A stretch of DNA of 64,000 nt from the human T2T-CHM13v2.0 reference genome, Homo sapiens: NCBI RefSeq assembly GCF_009914755.1, contig NC_060925.1; one strand, written 5' to 3'. The notes under the pieces were generated by a model. The model did no database searches, had not been told where the DNA came from, and was given only the letters and a program-made list of their open reading frames with translations. Each line of letters starts with the position of its first letter. The first letter of the stretch is position 1. Of the stretch, positions 15,421 through 26,900 are shown piece after piece. A program made the position numbers and the translations under genes.

Positions 15421-17619
15421 TAGATATAGAACCTCTGGCTTCAGGAAATTTATGATCACAGGTAAGTTTTTGTATACCAATCTTCCTGCATTCTGTTTTA
15501 ATATTGTTATGTATCTATTCTGAGTCAACCTAGCTTTTAAATTCTGAGAGCTCTGAATTTGATTTACTTGTTTTTCCAAACTTACCCCTGTAAGTTGTGC
15601 TTCTGGTGATAAAAATCAAAGCAAAAATTAGTTTTGTAGATTGAATGAGAGGCTCAAAACTAAAGATCCTGACCTTTAGATTGGGAAGAATTTTCTCTTA
15701 CTGGAAAATTAGAGTGTGTGCAAAACCCTTTTATTGTGCATACAACACACAGAGACACATACACACACATACTTATTATTTTTTAGATTTTTTAGATTTC
15801 ATTCATCTGATCTAGTTTTTTTTTTAATTTGTTTTTTTTAATGCTGAAAGAGGGCCTACGGACTAAAATAAATTGCTCTTCCTGAGACATAGGAGTAGCA
15901 TAGAAATTATTCTTCTGAAAAGCAGAAGGCCGATTCTTTGAAAACACTTAATTGCACAAGAGATAGCTCATGAAATGGCTTCAGATTTTCTCTCAGGAAG
16001 CGAGAGTTATAAAGTCTAGTGGTCAGAACAAGATCCATTCCCTGATGACAAGAACCGACCATGTGGCCAAAGCTTTATTCTGAAGTGCAAAGTCCAGGTG
16101 TTGGTCAATAACGAAAGGATCAGAGCAGATAGGGTGGTCCCCAAGGATTAATAAAAGATCAGAATGACACCTTGTGTGACTAAGTTTGGCAGAAGGGTCA
16201 TTGTCGTAAGTGTGGTGAAGACTCTTAGCACTCACTGACTTATTTTCATGAAAAAATGAGCTGCTGATGCACCTAGCTCCCATGCCACCTGCCATCTGCC
16301 ACCTGCCGTTTCCATTAAGCTGTACTTAGTTCTCGTTTTTAGTCAAAGCTAGCTTGTCACTTAATCCTCACTCTGCTCCAGTATTTCCAGAACTAAATCA
16401 GAGACCATTCAAAAAGATTCATTCCATAAAGGAAATGGGAGGCGGGGGGAGTGCCATTGTTTTATCTAAGACCAAATGTATTTCTTTGCTCCCAGTCTGG
16501 TAGTAGATTGTTGTCCATAAAAACAAGCAAGCTTTCTGGAACAAATCTTGACTTGTTTGCTGTGAAGAGCCATGACACCTGCCTCATTTAAACTAAATTA
16601 CCCTTAAGCAGCTCTAATGCATGGAGCAGCCTCCCTTCTCCATCACCATGTCTCATGAGAGTTGCCCAGCCTGGATAAGGCTTACTTCCCTTGGAATTCG
16701 GTTAATTCACCTTTTCCCCTCAAGGATGCACATGGTTTCCACTTCACAGAGTATCCCTGGCACATCACTGGCCCACTCCTGCTTCGCACCACCAGAATCC
16801 CCTGAACTTTACCGAGATGATACAGATGTAATTAAACCTGAATTCTAGTCTCTCCTTGTGACAACTCAGTGGACAATTAATGATGATAAAAGAGCCTGCC
16901 AGCTGCTGCCTGACATACCAATGTGAGCTTCCAACTCCGAGGAAGATGGAGGGTGAAGGGCAGGTCCCTCTGGCTCCATTTCAATCTGTCTTTTATCTCA
17001 CACTAGCTAAAAAGTAACACTTACTTTGGGGAAATTTAGATTCTTTCTTCTCCTCTCTTAAAAGCACCAAACAGACAGTCAGAGGTAATGCAAGGTCTAT
17101 GAAATAAATAAGAATGCTTCCGGGAAGAGTAATTGAAGCTTCATCACCAGGGACCGTAGAGTCAGGCCTAAAGCCAGAGGAGCAGGCTGCGCTCCCACCC
17201 CTGATCTCAAGCAGGGGATACACCCACCGCCTCTTTGCCACAGGGACCCATCAGTTGGTAGGGAGGGGCTTCATAAGGGAGACACTTAATGGATTTTTCC
17301 ACAGTAATGCTGTTCATTCCAAACTGACTTCAATCACGTTTGTCCTTTTCTCTCTCAATTTTAGGTTGAGCCATGACTACAGTCTAGTGCAATAAAATGC
17401 TTGGAGGGAGTCCAAGGCTTGAGGGAGACATGGACTGTGGAGGGATACAGCTGGAGAGAAAATAATCAAAACAAGGCAGATGAGAGGGAGTTAGAGGAAC
17501 CTGTTCAACGCTGACACTTCAAAAGCTCGTGCAGAGGCTCCGTGGCAACAGTACTGCCGGCTTCCTGTGTGGCTTTCCGTTTATTAGCTTGTTGTTTGGG
17601 GGGTGTGAGAATCCATTTA

Positions 17620-18290
17620 GATAATTCCCACAAGAAAAAAGTGCAAATGACTCATAAACATACGAAATAAATGTTCAACAACACTTGTAATCAAAGAAAT
17701 GCAAATATAAAACAAGATAGCGTTTTCACCTATCAAATTAACAAAGATTAAAAGGAATTCTAATACTCAACAGACTGGTGAGATGGCCCATCTCACACAG
17801 CTGACGTGTTAATTGGTATAACCTTTCTCCTGGCAATAGGTAGCAAAAATCTTAAAAGTATGCATACTCCTTGACCTAGTCGTTCACCTTCTAGGGATCT
17901 ACTCCAAGGACAGCAGCAGCAATTTGAGCAAAGACTTAATCACAAAAGTTTCATTGGAATGTTATTTACAACAAGAAAAAGTACAAAAATAAAATGTGAC
18001 TCTTATGAATTGTATAGTATAAATATAAAACATAAATATAAAAATAGATTATAACACTTCCTCATCAATTAATAATATGCAGCAAATTCATGTATTTTAA
18101 GAGTATATATGAAGTGAAAAAATCAATATCGTATATATTAGGATCCTGATTTTTTAAATTGGGAGAGGAAGACAATACATCAAAATATTAACAGAGACTA
18201 TTTCTATGTAAGTGATTTCAAAGGTTTTTTTTTATATTTTTTGAAATTCTCCACAATGAACATATGGTAATCAGAAAATGCAAGCAGTAT
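17620..18290 (+). mobile_element. Old L1 (L1ME-type) 3' fragment
   Basis: ATCAAAGAAATGCAAAT...TTTCACCTATCAAATT...TTGACCTAG motifs. Confidence 0.7.
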
Positions 18291-18319
18291 TTTAAAGCAT
18301 GTAAATAAAGGACTAAAAG

Positions 18320-18690
18320 TATATTTGTCATGGTGGGCTGTACAACAAACTCCAAAGCTTGGAGGCTTAAAACGATTAAGGTTTATTTCTCACTCGTATT
18401 GGAAGTCAGCTAGGGACTCATACCCACATTACTTTACTCAGGAACAAAAACTAATAGAGCCTCCATCACCAATCACCATGGCAGAGAGAAGGAAATGTAT
18501 CAAATCATACACTGACTCCTAATGACTCGTCCAGAGGTGATACAGGCTATTTGCATCTACATTTTCACTGGCCACAGCCAGTCAGATGACCAGTCCTATG
18601 TAATGCAAACAGGGAAGTTCAACCCTACAATGTGCCTAGAGGAAAGAAAACAAGAAAAAAAATTGTGAATAGGACAAATACTTACTACCA
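18320..18690 (-). mobile_element. MLT1-family (K/L-like) LTR
   Basis: GGCTTAAAAC...GGTTTATTTCTCACTC...CACTGGCCACAGCCAGTCA...CCTACAATGTGCCTAGA. Confidence 0.65.
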
Positions 18691-19519
18691 AAAAAGCATT
18701 GATTTTGTCTTAGGAATTATTTAAATGTCCAACTGAAGGTCTTTCCTCTGTGCTTTATTAGTAGTAAAGATGTGATATTCACATGACCCTAAACAATTTG
18801 ATTCTGCTTCTCAATTCACAGCTTCAAACCCAAGATATTCAGGAGATGCCATTAATGCCGGCAAAAGGCTGTTTTAAAAGGCAAAAGGTGTGCACATACC
18901 ACAGCCACATTATAGAAATATACTTTCCTTCCAGAGTCCTTGGAGTATTCAGAGAAATTCCAGCATTTCTTAGTCCCATTCTAAACATACAAAAATCCAG
19001 ATAAGCAATGAAGCAATATTGGAAATTTCTCCCACCTTTTCCCAGTGTTGGAGAACAAGGCCCAATCTATACAAGGTCCTTAAACCACCTTCTAGGAACA
19101 CTTTTCTAGTCAGTATAATCTGTTTTCTTTTTAATTCTGTACTCTGCATGTAAAAGATTAGAACACACCAATCCCAAAATATGACTATTAGTGTTTAAAA
19201 AATAACATCATAATCCTCTGCACATTCAAACGATTCATCATGCTTACTCAAGTAAATACCATTTTAAAGTATTTTTGTATTAATAAAAAAACTAACATGG
19301 CTTTATGAATGACAAAAATAGAAGGCAACATTGGGCATTAAATCAATTCACAATTTCCTCTGTTAAAATATAACTTGAACAGAGTTAAAAATAAAAGCTA
19401 ATTACATGGAATGTTGCTTTGTACCTTGCATTGATAGATCTCTCTAAGGGATACAGGTAAATATAGACAATCTGACCCAAGACAGAACTCTCAGGATTAT
19501 CATTGAATATTTTTCATCA

Positions 19520-20170
19520 TCCACTATATCTAATTGGTCATCAAATGTTAATGATTCTAAACATCCTAAATACCCATTTAATCTGATTCTTCCATCCATT
19601 CCTAGTCGCTATGTTCAGGGCTTCATCATCTGTCACCAAGGCTACTGCAGTCAGCTATTCTCTTGTCTTATTCCATCAGACTCCCCTCTACAAGCCACTT
19701 TCCATACTGCCACCAAAATATGTAAATCCTGTTACTTCTCTTAAAATCCATCCATGAACAGAAAACCAAACATCACATGCTCTCACTCGTAAGTGGGAGT
19801 TGAAAAATGAGAACATATGGACACAGGGAGGGGAACATCACACACTGGGGGCCTGTTGGGGGGTTGGGGGCTAGGGGAGGGACAGCATTAGGAGAAACAC
19901 CTAATGTAGATGATGGGTTGATGGGTGCAGCAAACCACTATGGCACGTGTATACCTATGTAACAAAACTGCACATTCTGCACATGTACCCCAGAACTTAA
20001 AGTATAATAAAAAAATTCAGAGAAGAAAAAAAAATATGCAAAGGTAAATAAAGAACACCACTATTCTTGTGTTGAAGAAAAAAAAATTCACTGGTGAACT
20101 ACCAACACCTGGGAGACAAAGTCCAAACTTCTTAGTAGAGGATAAAAAAGGCTTTCCCTTATGGCCCTAG
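19520..20170 (+). mobile_element. L2 fragment interrupted by L1PA7
   Basis: GGGCTTCATCATCTGTCACC...CTACTGCA; resumes with AAAGTCCAAACTTCTTAG at ~20120. Confidence 0.6.
19756..20086 (+). mobile_element. 5'-truncated L1PA7-like 3' end with probable 3' transduction
   Basis: L1 3'UTR at 19756-20015, then ~60 nt non-L1 sequence with AATAAA (20047-20052) and a second A-run (20078-20086); TT/AAAA target at 19741-19746. Confidence 0.88.
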
Positions 20171-20187
20171 GATAACTTCCAAGCCTA

Positions 20188-20320
20188 GAGTGGCCTTCTC
20201 CAAAAAGTGTTCAGTGGAACATAAATTCCACAGTTCTATAGGGGAAAGGGTGTTCCATCATCCGATACATTGGGAAAAGCCAAGTTAAACCTGTTTCTTT
20301 TCTTCAAGGACTGTCAGAGA
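20188..20320. mobile_element. MER103-like hAT relic (other part at ~21500-21570)
   Basis: AAAGTGTTCAGTGGAAC...GTTCCATCA...TTGGGAAA...GTTAAAC; GCATTTCCCAAA resumes after the L2. Confidence 0.5.
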
Positions 20321-20349
20321 TGAGAATTCAAGAGCTGGGACTCTAAATC

Positions 20350-21488
20350 CATCTCAGAGTTCAGTTCTTGGTTCTCTTCTCTTCTCTTCTCTTCCTGGCC
20401 TACTTTCATACTCTGGGTGACCTCTCCTAGTCTCCTGGCTTTAAATACTGTCTTCATGATAAGGACTGTTCAATTTACATCTCCTGCCCATACCTGTCCT
20501 CTGATTGCTTGACTGCCTATTCATGGTCTTCCACGAGATGTCTAATAAACGTCTGAAACTTAACTTGATATCCCCTCAACTCCTCCTCACTCAGTCTTCC
20601 CCCACCACGAGTTCATGTCAACTTCATTCTTCAAGTTACTCAGGCCAAAAATCTTAATGCCATTCTTGATTCCTCTATTTCTTCTTCGCCTCCTGTTTCA
20701 TCCATCAGCAAATCCTATCCATTCTACATGCAAAATATATCCAGAATTTGACCACTTTACTCCACTACCCTGGCCCAAGCCACCATCTTCCCTCACCTGG
20801 ACCATTTAAGAAGCCTTCCAAATGGTGTCCCTGCCTCTGCCCTTCACCGATAGTCTACTCTCAGCCCAACACCTAGGTTGACTGCCTCACTTGCCACAAC
20901 AGGTAATATCACCTCTTTCTTCAAAACCTTGCAATGGCTTTCCCCTTTTACTCAGATGAAATCCAGAGTTCTTACCTACAACCCCAAATGATTGCTCTTC
21001 TATGACTTCTCCACCTACATCTCCCATCTTCACCTCCCTCCCTTCCTGGGCTGAAAATACACTGGGCCCTGTGCTGTTCCTCTAAACATGGAACTTTCAC
21101 AGCTCCTTCTTTCCTGATTGCTCTTTAGCCAGACATCCACCTACCTCACTCCTTCTCTTCTTTCAGGTCTTTACTCAGATGCAACCTTTTGGTGAGAACT
21201 TCCTTGACCTCTTATTCAAAATTCCCATACTCCACTCCCCACCACTTCCAATAAAAGCTTTCCCACTTCTTTTCTCCATAGCACTTAATACCCCTCTGTA
21301 AAACACTGCCCAGTTCAAGTTCTTATTTTGTTTATGGCTTGTGTCTCACACTAGAATGTAAACTCTGGGAGGGCAGGAACCATGACCTATGCTGTTCACT
21401 GCCATCTTTCCAGTGCTGAGAACAATGTATGGCAAATAGTAGACATTTAAAATATACTTGTTAAATAATAGGATGAGTAAATAATGAA
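20350..21488 (+). mobile_element. L2a LINE 3' ~1.1 kb
   Basis: Long L2 match ending CTAGAATGTAAACTC...GGGCAGG...GGCAAATAGTAGAC...TTGTTAAATAA. Confidence 0.88.
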
Positions 21489-21824
21489 ATAGAAAAGAGT
21501 AAATCGCATTTCCCAAAATAATTCTAGCACAGATTCCTTTTTGTGGGATATTTCACAGGAACAGTTATGAACAAGGGTTCCCATCCTTTCTGTCCTCCCT
21601 GTCTGTTAAAGAGGGCCCTGGCTTTGCCCACTTGGCCTTTTCTCTCTCCTGGTCTCTGGGGAGCATTCTTCCTTTGCCAGTTATTGAGATCTATTAATGC
21701 AGATTGTGGACAATGGGCCTATCTTACCTTATAGATACTTATAAATGAAAGATGAAAAATATTTCACTAGACCTTTCTTAACACAGAGTTTTTTGCCAAA
21801 TCCACTTCGTTTATTAGAAAAGTA

Positions 21825-22280
21825 TTCACAAAATGTTAGCTATGTTCCAGATAATATATTAACCCCCTGGGGCTAAAATGACTAATAGGACACCGTATTT
21901 GACCTCTAGGGAAACAGATATATAACCAAATAGTTGGAGAATTGCAGTAAGCAGTAGGACAGACACATGACCTAGTGTTATGGAGATTCAGAAGATGTTT
22001 TTGTAGTCTAAAAAAGCAAAGAAATGCTTTCCAAAAAAAAGTGGCCTTTGAGCTAAGTCTTAAAGAATAAGTAGAAACTTTAGATTAAAAACTAGACTAT
22101 TCCAATTAGAGGGAAAGGCAGTGCAAAGGCATGAAAGTGTGAGAAGAAACTAATAACAGCTTGGATCGGTTGGAGGAAGGTGGGAGAGTTCTGGGAGAGG
22201 AGATAGAGATGGTAGTCAGGGCCCAGGTCAAGGAAGGCCTATAAACCCTGCTATAGAGCTTGCTCATTGATAGATAAAGC
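21825..22280 (-). mobile_element. L2 fragment
   Basis: Purine-rich antisense L2 (TTTGAGCTAAGTCTTAAAGAATAAGTAG; GCAAAGGCATGAAAGTGTGAG). Confidence 0.6.
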
Positions 22281-22879
22281 TTTTCTTTTTTCAGAGACTC
22301 AGTGGAGGAGTGAATTCCTCAAGAGAGGTTACAATGGAGCAAGAACTCTAGGACAGGCAAGAGAGTGACATTACTTGTATAAATGGCTCTTTAGCACCCA
22401 CTGTCCACTCAAGGTGTGCTGCCCTATAGGCATATTCAGGCTCAAATAGTACTGCTATGTGTGGCACATCAGTCTGTTGTGTTTATTAATAGTTTATTAA
22501 TGAAAGAGGCCTTGCTGGATGCTCTGTCAGTGCATCACTCCTGATCACTCTGTTCTCGTACTGTGCTGCAGCTAAAGTCATCCACCATGGTTCTAGGATT
22601 GCTCAGAGTATGAGCAGGAGAGGAAGATGTCAGTGAGGCTCTGGCTGCATCCCTTCCTGTACAGCCCTTCCAGACCCCTCCGTCCTAATTACATCACCCT
22701 CTCCAAATCATGCATACCCCACATATGAAGTATCTACCGTATGCCAGGCACTGAGCCAATGACTGGTCCAGTAGTAAGTCCTAATTCTCCTTGGCCATGC
22801 ATCTGCCCACATACCACTTAAAATTCCTTGGAATTGCAGAACTCCATGAAGTCAGATTCCTTTCTATTTATTTATATAA

Positions 22880-23010
22880 AAGTCTGTCTCCTGTACCAGG
22901 TCATAAGATTCTTGAAATCACGAACCGTGTTTTAGACATCTCTGCATCTATTGAGTTCCTTGCACAATGTCTGGCACATCATAGGTGTTCAACAAATGTT
23001 TGCTGAGTTT
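22880..23010 (+). mobile_element. L2 3' end
   Basis: GCACAATGTCTGGCAC...GTGTTCAACAAATGTTTGCTGA. Confidence 0.7.
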
Positions 23011-23731
23011 AAAATAATTGTGCAAGCATGTTCAACCAGAGGAGCCATTGAGAAATTACTTCATTGCAACCCTTCGATGTTATATGTGAGCCTGCTACCT
23101 GAGCTGGACTGTGATTTCAAAATGGAGCACTGAATCCAAAGGAAATTAGGATTCCCAGACTTCCAATAGAGGGCAGTACCATTGTAATATCCAGATATAA
23201 TCTGATGTCTAATCACCATTCTGTGATGGTAGAAAATGTGACCCAGCCCAATAGACAGAAGGAAAGCTGCAAAGAAAGCATTTATGGCTATAAACAATTT
23301 TTCTTTATTCCTCATCTGGGTCCTGAGGCCTGTGATTTGGCTCCAATTTTTCATTTGTGGTTGTTTGTTTCAGATAATAAAACTGTTCCTTTAAAATAAT
23401 GGTGACTATATTGTATCTAAAAATAAATATCAAAAGATCAAAGTCCCTTAGTGGGAGCAATTATTGCAAAAAGACCAGCCAAGCTCAAAACAGCTGTTAA
23501 GTGATCCTGGCCCAAGCAAGAGGAGCCTGGCCTCCTTGGCTGATCTGGAATCACATGGGCAGGCTGACAAACCAAAATTGAGAAACTTCTAAAATATGGA
23601 AAACACACATGGCAATATTAATGGCCCTATGAAAATTGCTCTTATTTGATTATTACTGGTCACTAACTACTTGCAGTATTGTTAAGACACTTCACAAAAT
23701 GGACAGAAAATGAGCATTCAATGTGTGAGAC

Positions 23732-23753
23732 AAAAAAAAAAAAAAAAAAAAAA
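23732..23753. repeat. Poly(A) tract (A22)
   Basis: Mononucleotide run with no attached SINE. Confidence 0.95.
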
Positions 23754-23958
23754 CAGAAGGAAGAGCTCCTCGTGAATTTCCAAGAGAAATAACACTAGGG
23801 TTCAGTTTTGCTGTTAGATATAATAAGTCCCAGTAAGGAAGCAAATGAGAAGCCAAGATGATGTGGCTTTATTTCAATACTCTCTTTGTTTGTTCCCTAA
23901 TGCATTCAGAAAAAAAAAGTGTCACAATCATTCAGTGAATTCCAAGTACAATACTTAC

Positions 23959-24006
23959 CGGGAGTTGCAGCTATTTCAGAAGTGCCTTCCTCCTCAAGAT
24001 CCAGGC
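23959..24006 (-). other. Candidate 48-nt cassette exon (unverified)
   Basis: Minus strand: TTGTGTTTGTGAATTGTCCAG|GCCTGGAT...ACTCCCG|GTAAGT; open phase 1-1 frame (G)LDLEEEGTSEIAATP. Confidence 0.25.
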
Positions 24007-24200
24007 CTGGACAATTCACAAACACAATGTTTATTTATTTTTCAAGAAGTCTTCTGTGTAAAGATAATTCTCAGGAAGCACAGTATTGATATGCATAGAT
24101 TTTCCTCTCACTGAATATTTCAATATTTGTGTTGTTTAAGGGATACTTTCCAACCAGTAATTATTTGATCAAAAATTTTTAAGTATGTAATAAATTTTCC

Positions 24201-24480
24201 CATCATTCATTTATTCAATAAGCATTTCTTGAGCATGTACTATGTACCAGACACTCTACTAAATGATACAGAAATGTCAGTTTCTGTACTCAAAAAGCAC
24301 AATCTGGTGAAAGAGTTATAGGGTAATGGACAGCTGAACAAGGGAAGTTCTATGATGCTGTAACACAGAGGACTGGCACTGAATCCAGCCTGGTGGGCAA
24401 GGACTGGGGTCAGAAAGACTTTCTGGAGAGAATTGACAATGAGTAGTAAAGGAAGATGCATCCCTTAGCCAGGTGGATTT
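24201..24480 (-). mobile_element. L2 3' end
   Basis: CATTCATTTATTCAATAAGCATTTCTTGAGCATGTACTATGTACCAGACAC. Confidence 0.75.
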
Positions 24481-24661
24481 GCTAGAACCTGTAGAAAAAA
24501 ACAAGATACTTATTGTCATCTGCTTACCAACAACAAAAATAGAAACTAATATTGGCCAAGCGCTTACTCTACGCCAGGCATTGAGCTAAGTACTTTGAAT
24601 ATTAGATCTTGTTGAGGAGACATTATTAATAATATGAGAACATCGGATATCAACATATGGT

Positions 24662-25224
24662 TGTGGTAGAAAAAATAATCCCGCTCCACCCCACCCCCAG
24701 CAAAAGATGTTCATGTTTTTATCCCCTGGAATTTGTGAATGTGTTACCTTGGCACAATATGCTTACGTGGCTTTGCAGATGAAATTACACACAACATAAT
24801 CATGGGGCCCTTAAAGGGGTAGAGGAGACAGAAGAGTCAGCTGCAGCAGAAAAGGGAAACAGAGGAGACATTCAAAGAATGAGAAGGACAAAACCCACCA
24901 TTGCTGGCTTTTAAGAAGGGGGAAGAGACCACAAGCCAAGTAGTGTGGGTGGTCTCTATAAACAGAAAACAATCCCCAGCCACCAGCTGGGAGACCTCAA
25001 TTCTACAATCACATGGAACTCAACTCTACCAATGCCTTGAATAAGTCTGAAAGTAGATAATCCCCTGGGCCTGCCAACACCTTGATTTCAACTTTGTGAG
25101 ACCTGGCCAGAGAAACCAGCCAAGCCCACTGGACTTCTGACCTATAAATACATGATGATAAATTTGTATTGTTTTAAGTGGCTAAGTGTGTGATAGTTTA
25201 TGGCAATAACAGAAAACTAATACA
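24662..25224 (+). mobile_element. MLT1D/E MaLR solo LTR
   Basis: TGTGGTAG...GAATGTGTTACCTT...CCAACACCTTGATTT...GAAAACTAATACA. Confidence 0.85.
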
Positions 25225-25269
25225 ATGACACTCTCTGATTAAGTGACAAACTAAAATGAGCAACAAAAA

Positions 25270-25490
25270 AGTTACCACTGCACCTACTATGTGCCAAGAA
25301 CTTTCCAAATATTATTCCCTTTGACTCTCATAATCATGCAAGGCTGGTATTGTTCTCCCCATTTTACAGATGATAAAACAAATGACAAAAAATCAAAGAG
25401 ATTTATAGATAACTAAAGTCACAGCAGGGTGAGTAGAACTGGGATTTAAGCCCAGGTCTATCAGATGCCACCACTCCTGTTCTTGCCACG
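25270..25490 (-). mobile_element. MIR SINE
   Basis: CACCTACTATGTGCCAAG...CCCCATTTTACAGATG...GGGATTTAAGCCCAGGTC. Confidence 0.8.
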
Positions 25491-25837
25491 TTGCTCCCAG
25501 GTAATTATTCTTTACATATGTAAATTCTGAGTCCGAAGTGCTTTTCTGTGCATTAACTTAATTGAACCCTGCAATAGTATGTGAGGCAAACAGGGCAGAA
25601 ATTATTTACTCCTTCTTACAAGTGGGATACCCAATCTCAACATAAATTATGAGCTGCCTGTGGGCCAGGGTGAGCACACAGGCCTTCCAACTCCCAACTC
25701 CACCTGCTTTGCTCTACCACCTTAGCAGTTCAGAGAGTGTCCGTGAAGTACCCACCCCACTGTGAGCTCTGTACAGTCAAGTTTGCCTTGAACGCGTGGC
25801 CTGTTTCCACAAAGCAATGGGAGTGGGCCACTGTTAC

Positions 25838-25861
25838 AAAAAAAAAAAAAAAAAAAAAAAA
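25838..25861. repeat. Poly(A) tract (A24)
   Basis: Mononucleotide run. Confidence 0.95.
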
Positions 25862-26599
25862 TAGGATGATGGATCCCTGGATGGGAAGTCAATACTTCAA
25901 GTGACAATAAAACTTACAGCTATGCTCAAGAGTTGTATGAGGGCTATTTGCTCCACTTAGGATAATTATCAATGAATTCAGTAATATGACTTTGGTGCAG
26001 ACAGCCACATCTTCAGTGGCCTCCATGCCTGGGCTAGAGACCAGCTGTGATGCTTTAAGTGCCTCATTTTTACTCAGTAATTTAATGTACAAGTTCGTAG
26101 AGGCATTTTTCACCTAGGGCTTATTTTTTTAATGAAGTCTAATTTCTGAGAAGACCCCAAAGAAATCTGATATATAGCACAATCCATTTACCAGAAGTCT
26201 TTCTGGAATGCCTCTCTGGGCCATTGCTAGGCACTGGCAATGCAGCACTAAAGAAGACAACACAAGTCCCTCCCTTCATGGGGCTTACACTCTAGAGATA
26301 ACCAAATGAATATGATAATCGTGTTTGAAAGATACCAAGAAGACAATAAACAGCACCTGAAATAGACTGGAAAGTGCCTATTTTAAGGGTGCATGGGGAC
26401 AGAGGTTCTGACCAAGGGGATTAGGAAGTTTGGCACAATGAGGCTTCTGCTTTGCCTGACTCAGACAGCTTTCACGCCTAATCATCCATGTAAGTTGGTC
26501 CCTGTCAGGGCCAGGGTCTTAAACTATGGACAGATCCTCAATGGGCAGAGCCTGGTGTTTCAGGGAGGTAGGGGAAGACAGTATAAGTAATTCAGTTCC

Positions 26600-26760
26600 T
26601 GCAAAATACACCTGATCTGCCACTCTGCCCCTTCCTATGTGCATTGGGACTGTTTACTTAACCTCTCTGTGGCTCAGCTTCTTCATAGGATTGTGTTGAC
26701 ACACGTAAATTACTAAATGGTGTTTAGCACATAATAAGTGATCAATAAACAAAAATAGTT
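26600..26760 (+). mobile_element. MIR fragment
   Basis: TTACTTAACCTCTCTGTGGCTCAGCTT...GCACATAATAAGTGATCAATAAA. Confidence 0.7.
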
Positions 26761-26900
26761 CCTGAAACATAGTTGTGGCTTCATATTAGCTTTCTTGAGG
26801 ATGTGTCTGCCCTGAAAAAAAAAAAGTGTCTACTCCCTTTACTAGGTCTGCACTGTACATATACATCTCTATCATTACTGCCCCATAAAATGATGCATAC

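Noticed and set aside
15445-15467. Perfect plus-strand donor CAG|GTAAGT
   Set aside because: No pyrimidine tract upstream (an Alu A-tail precedes it); it illustrates the chance rate of splice motifs.
22582-22613. Perfect Kozak CCACCATGG
   Set aside because: Opens only an 8-codon ORF and has no promoter context.
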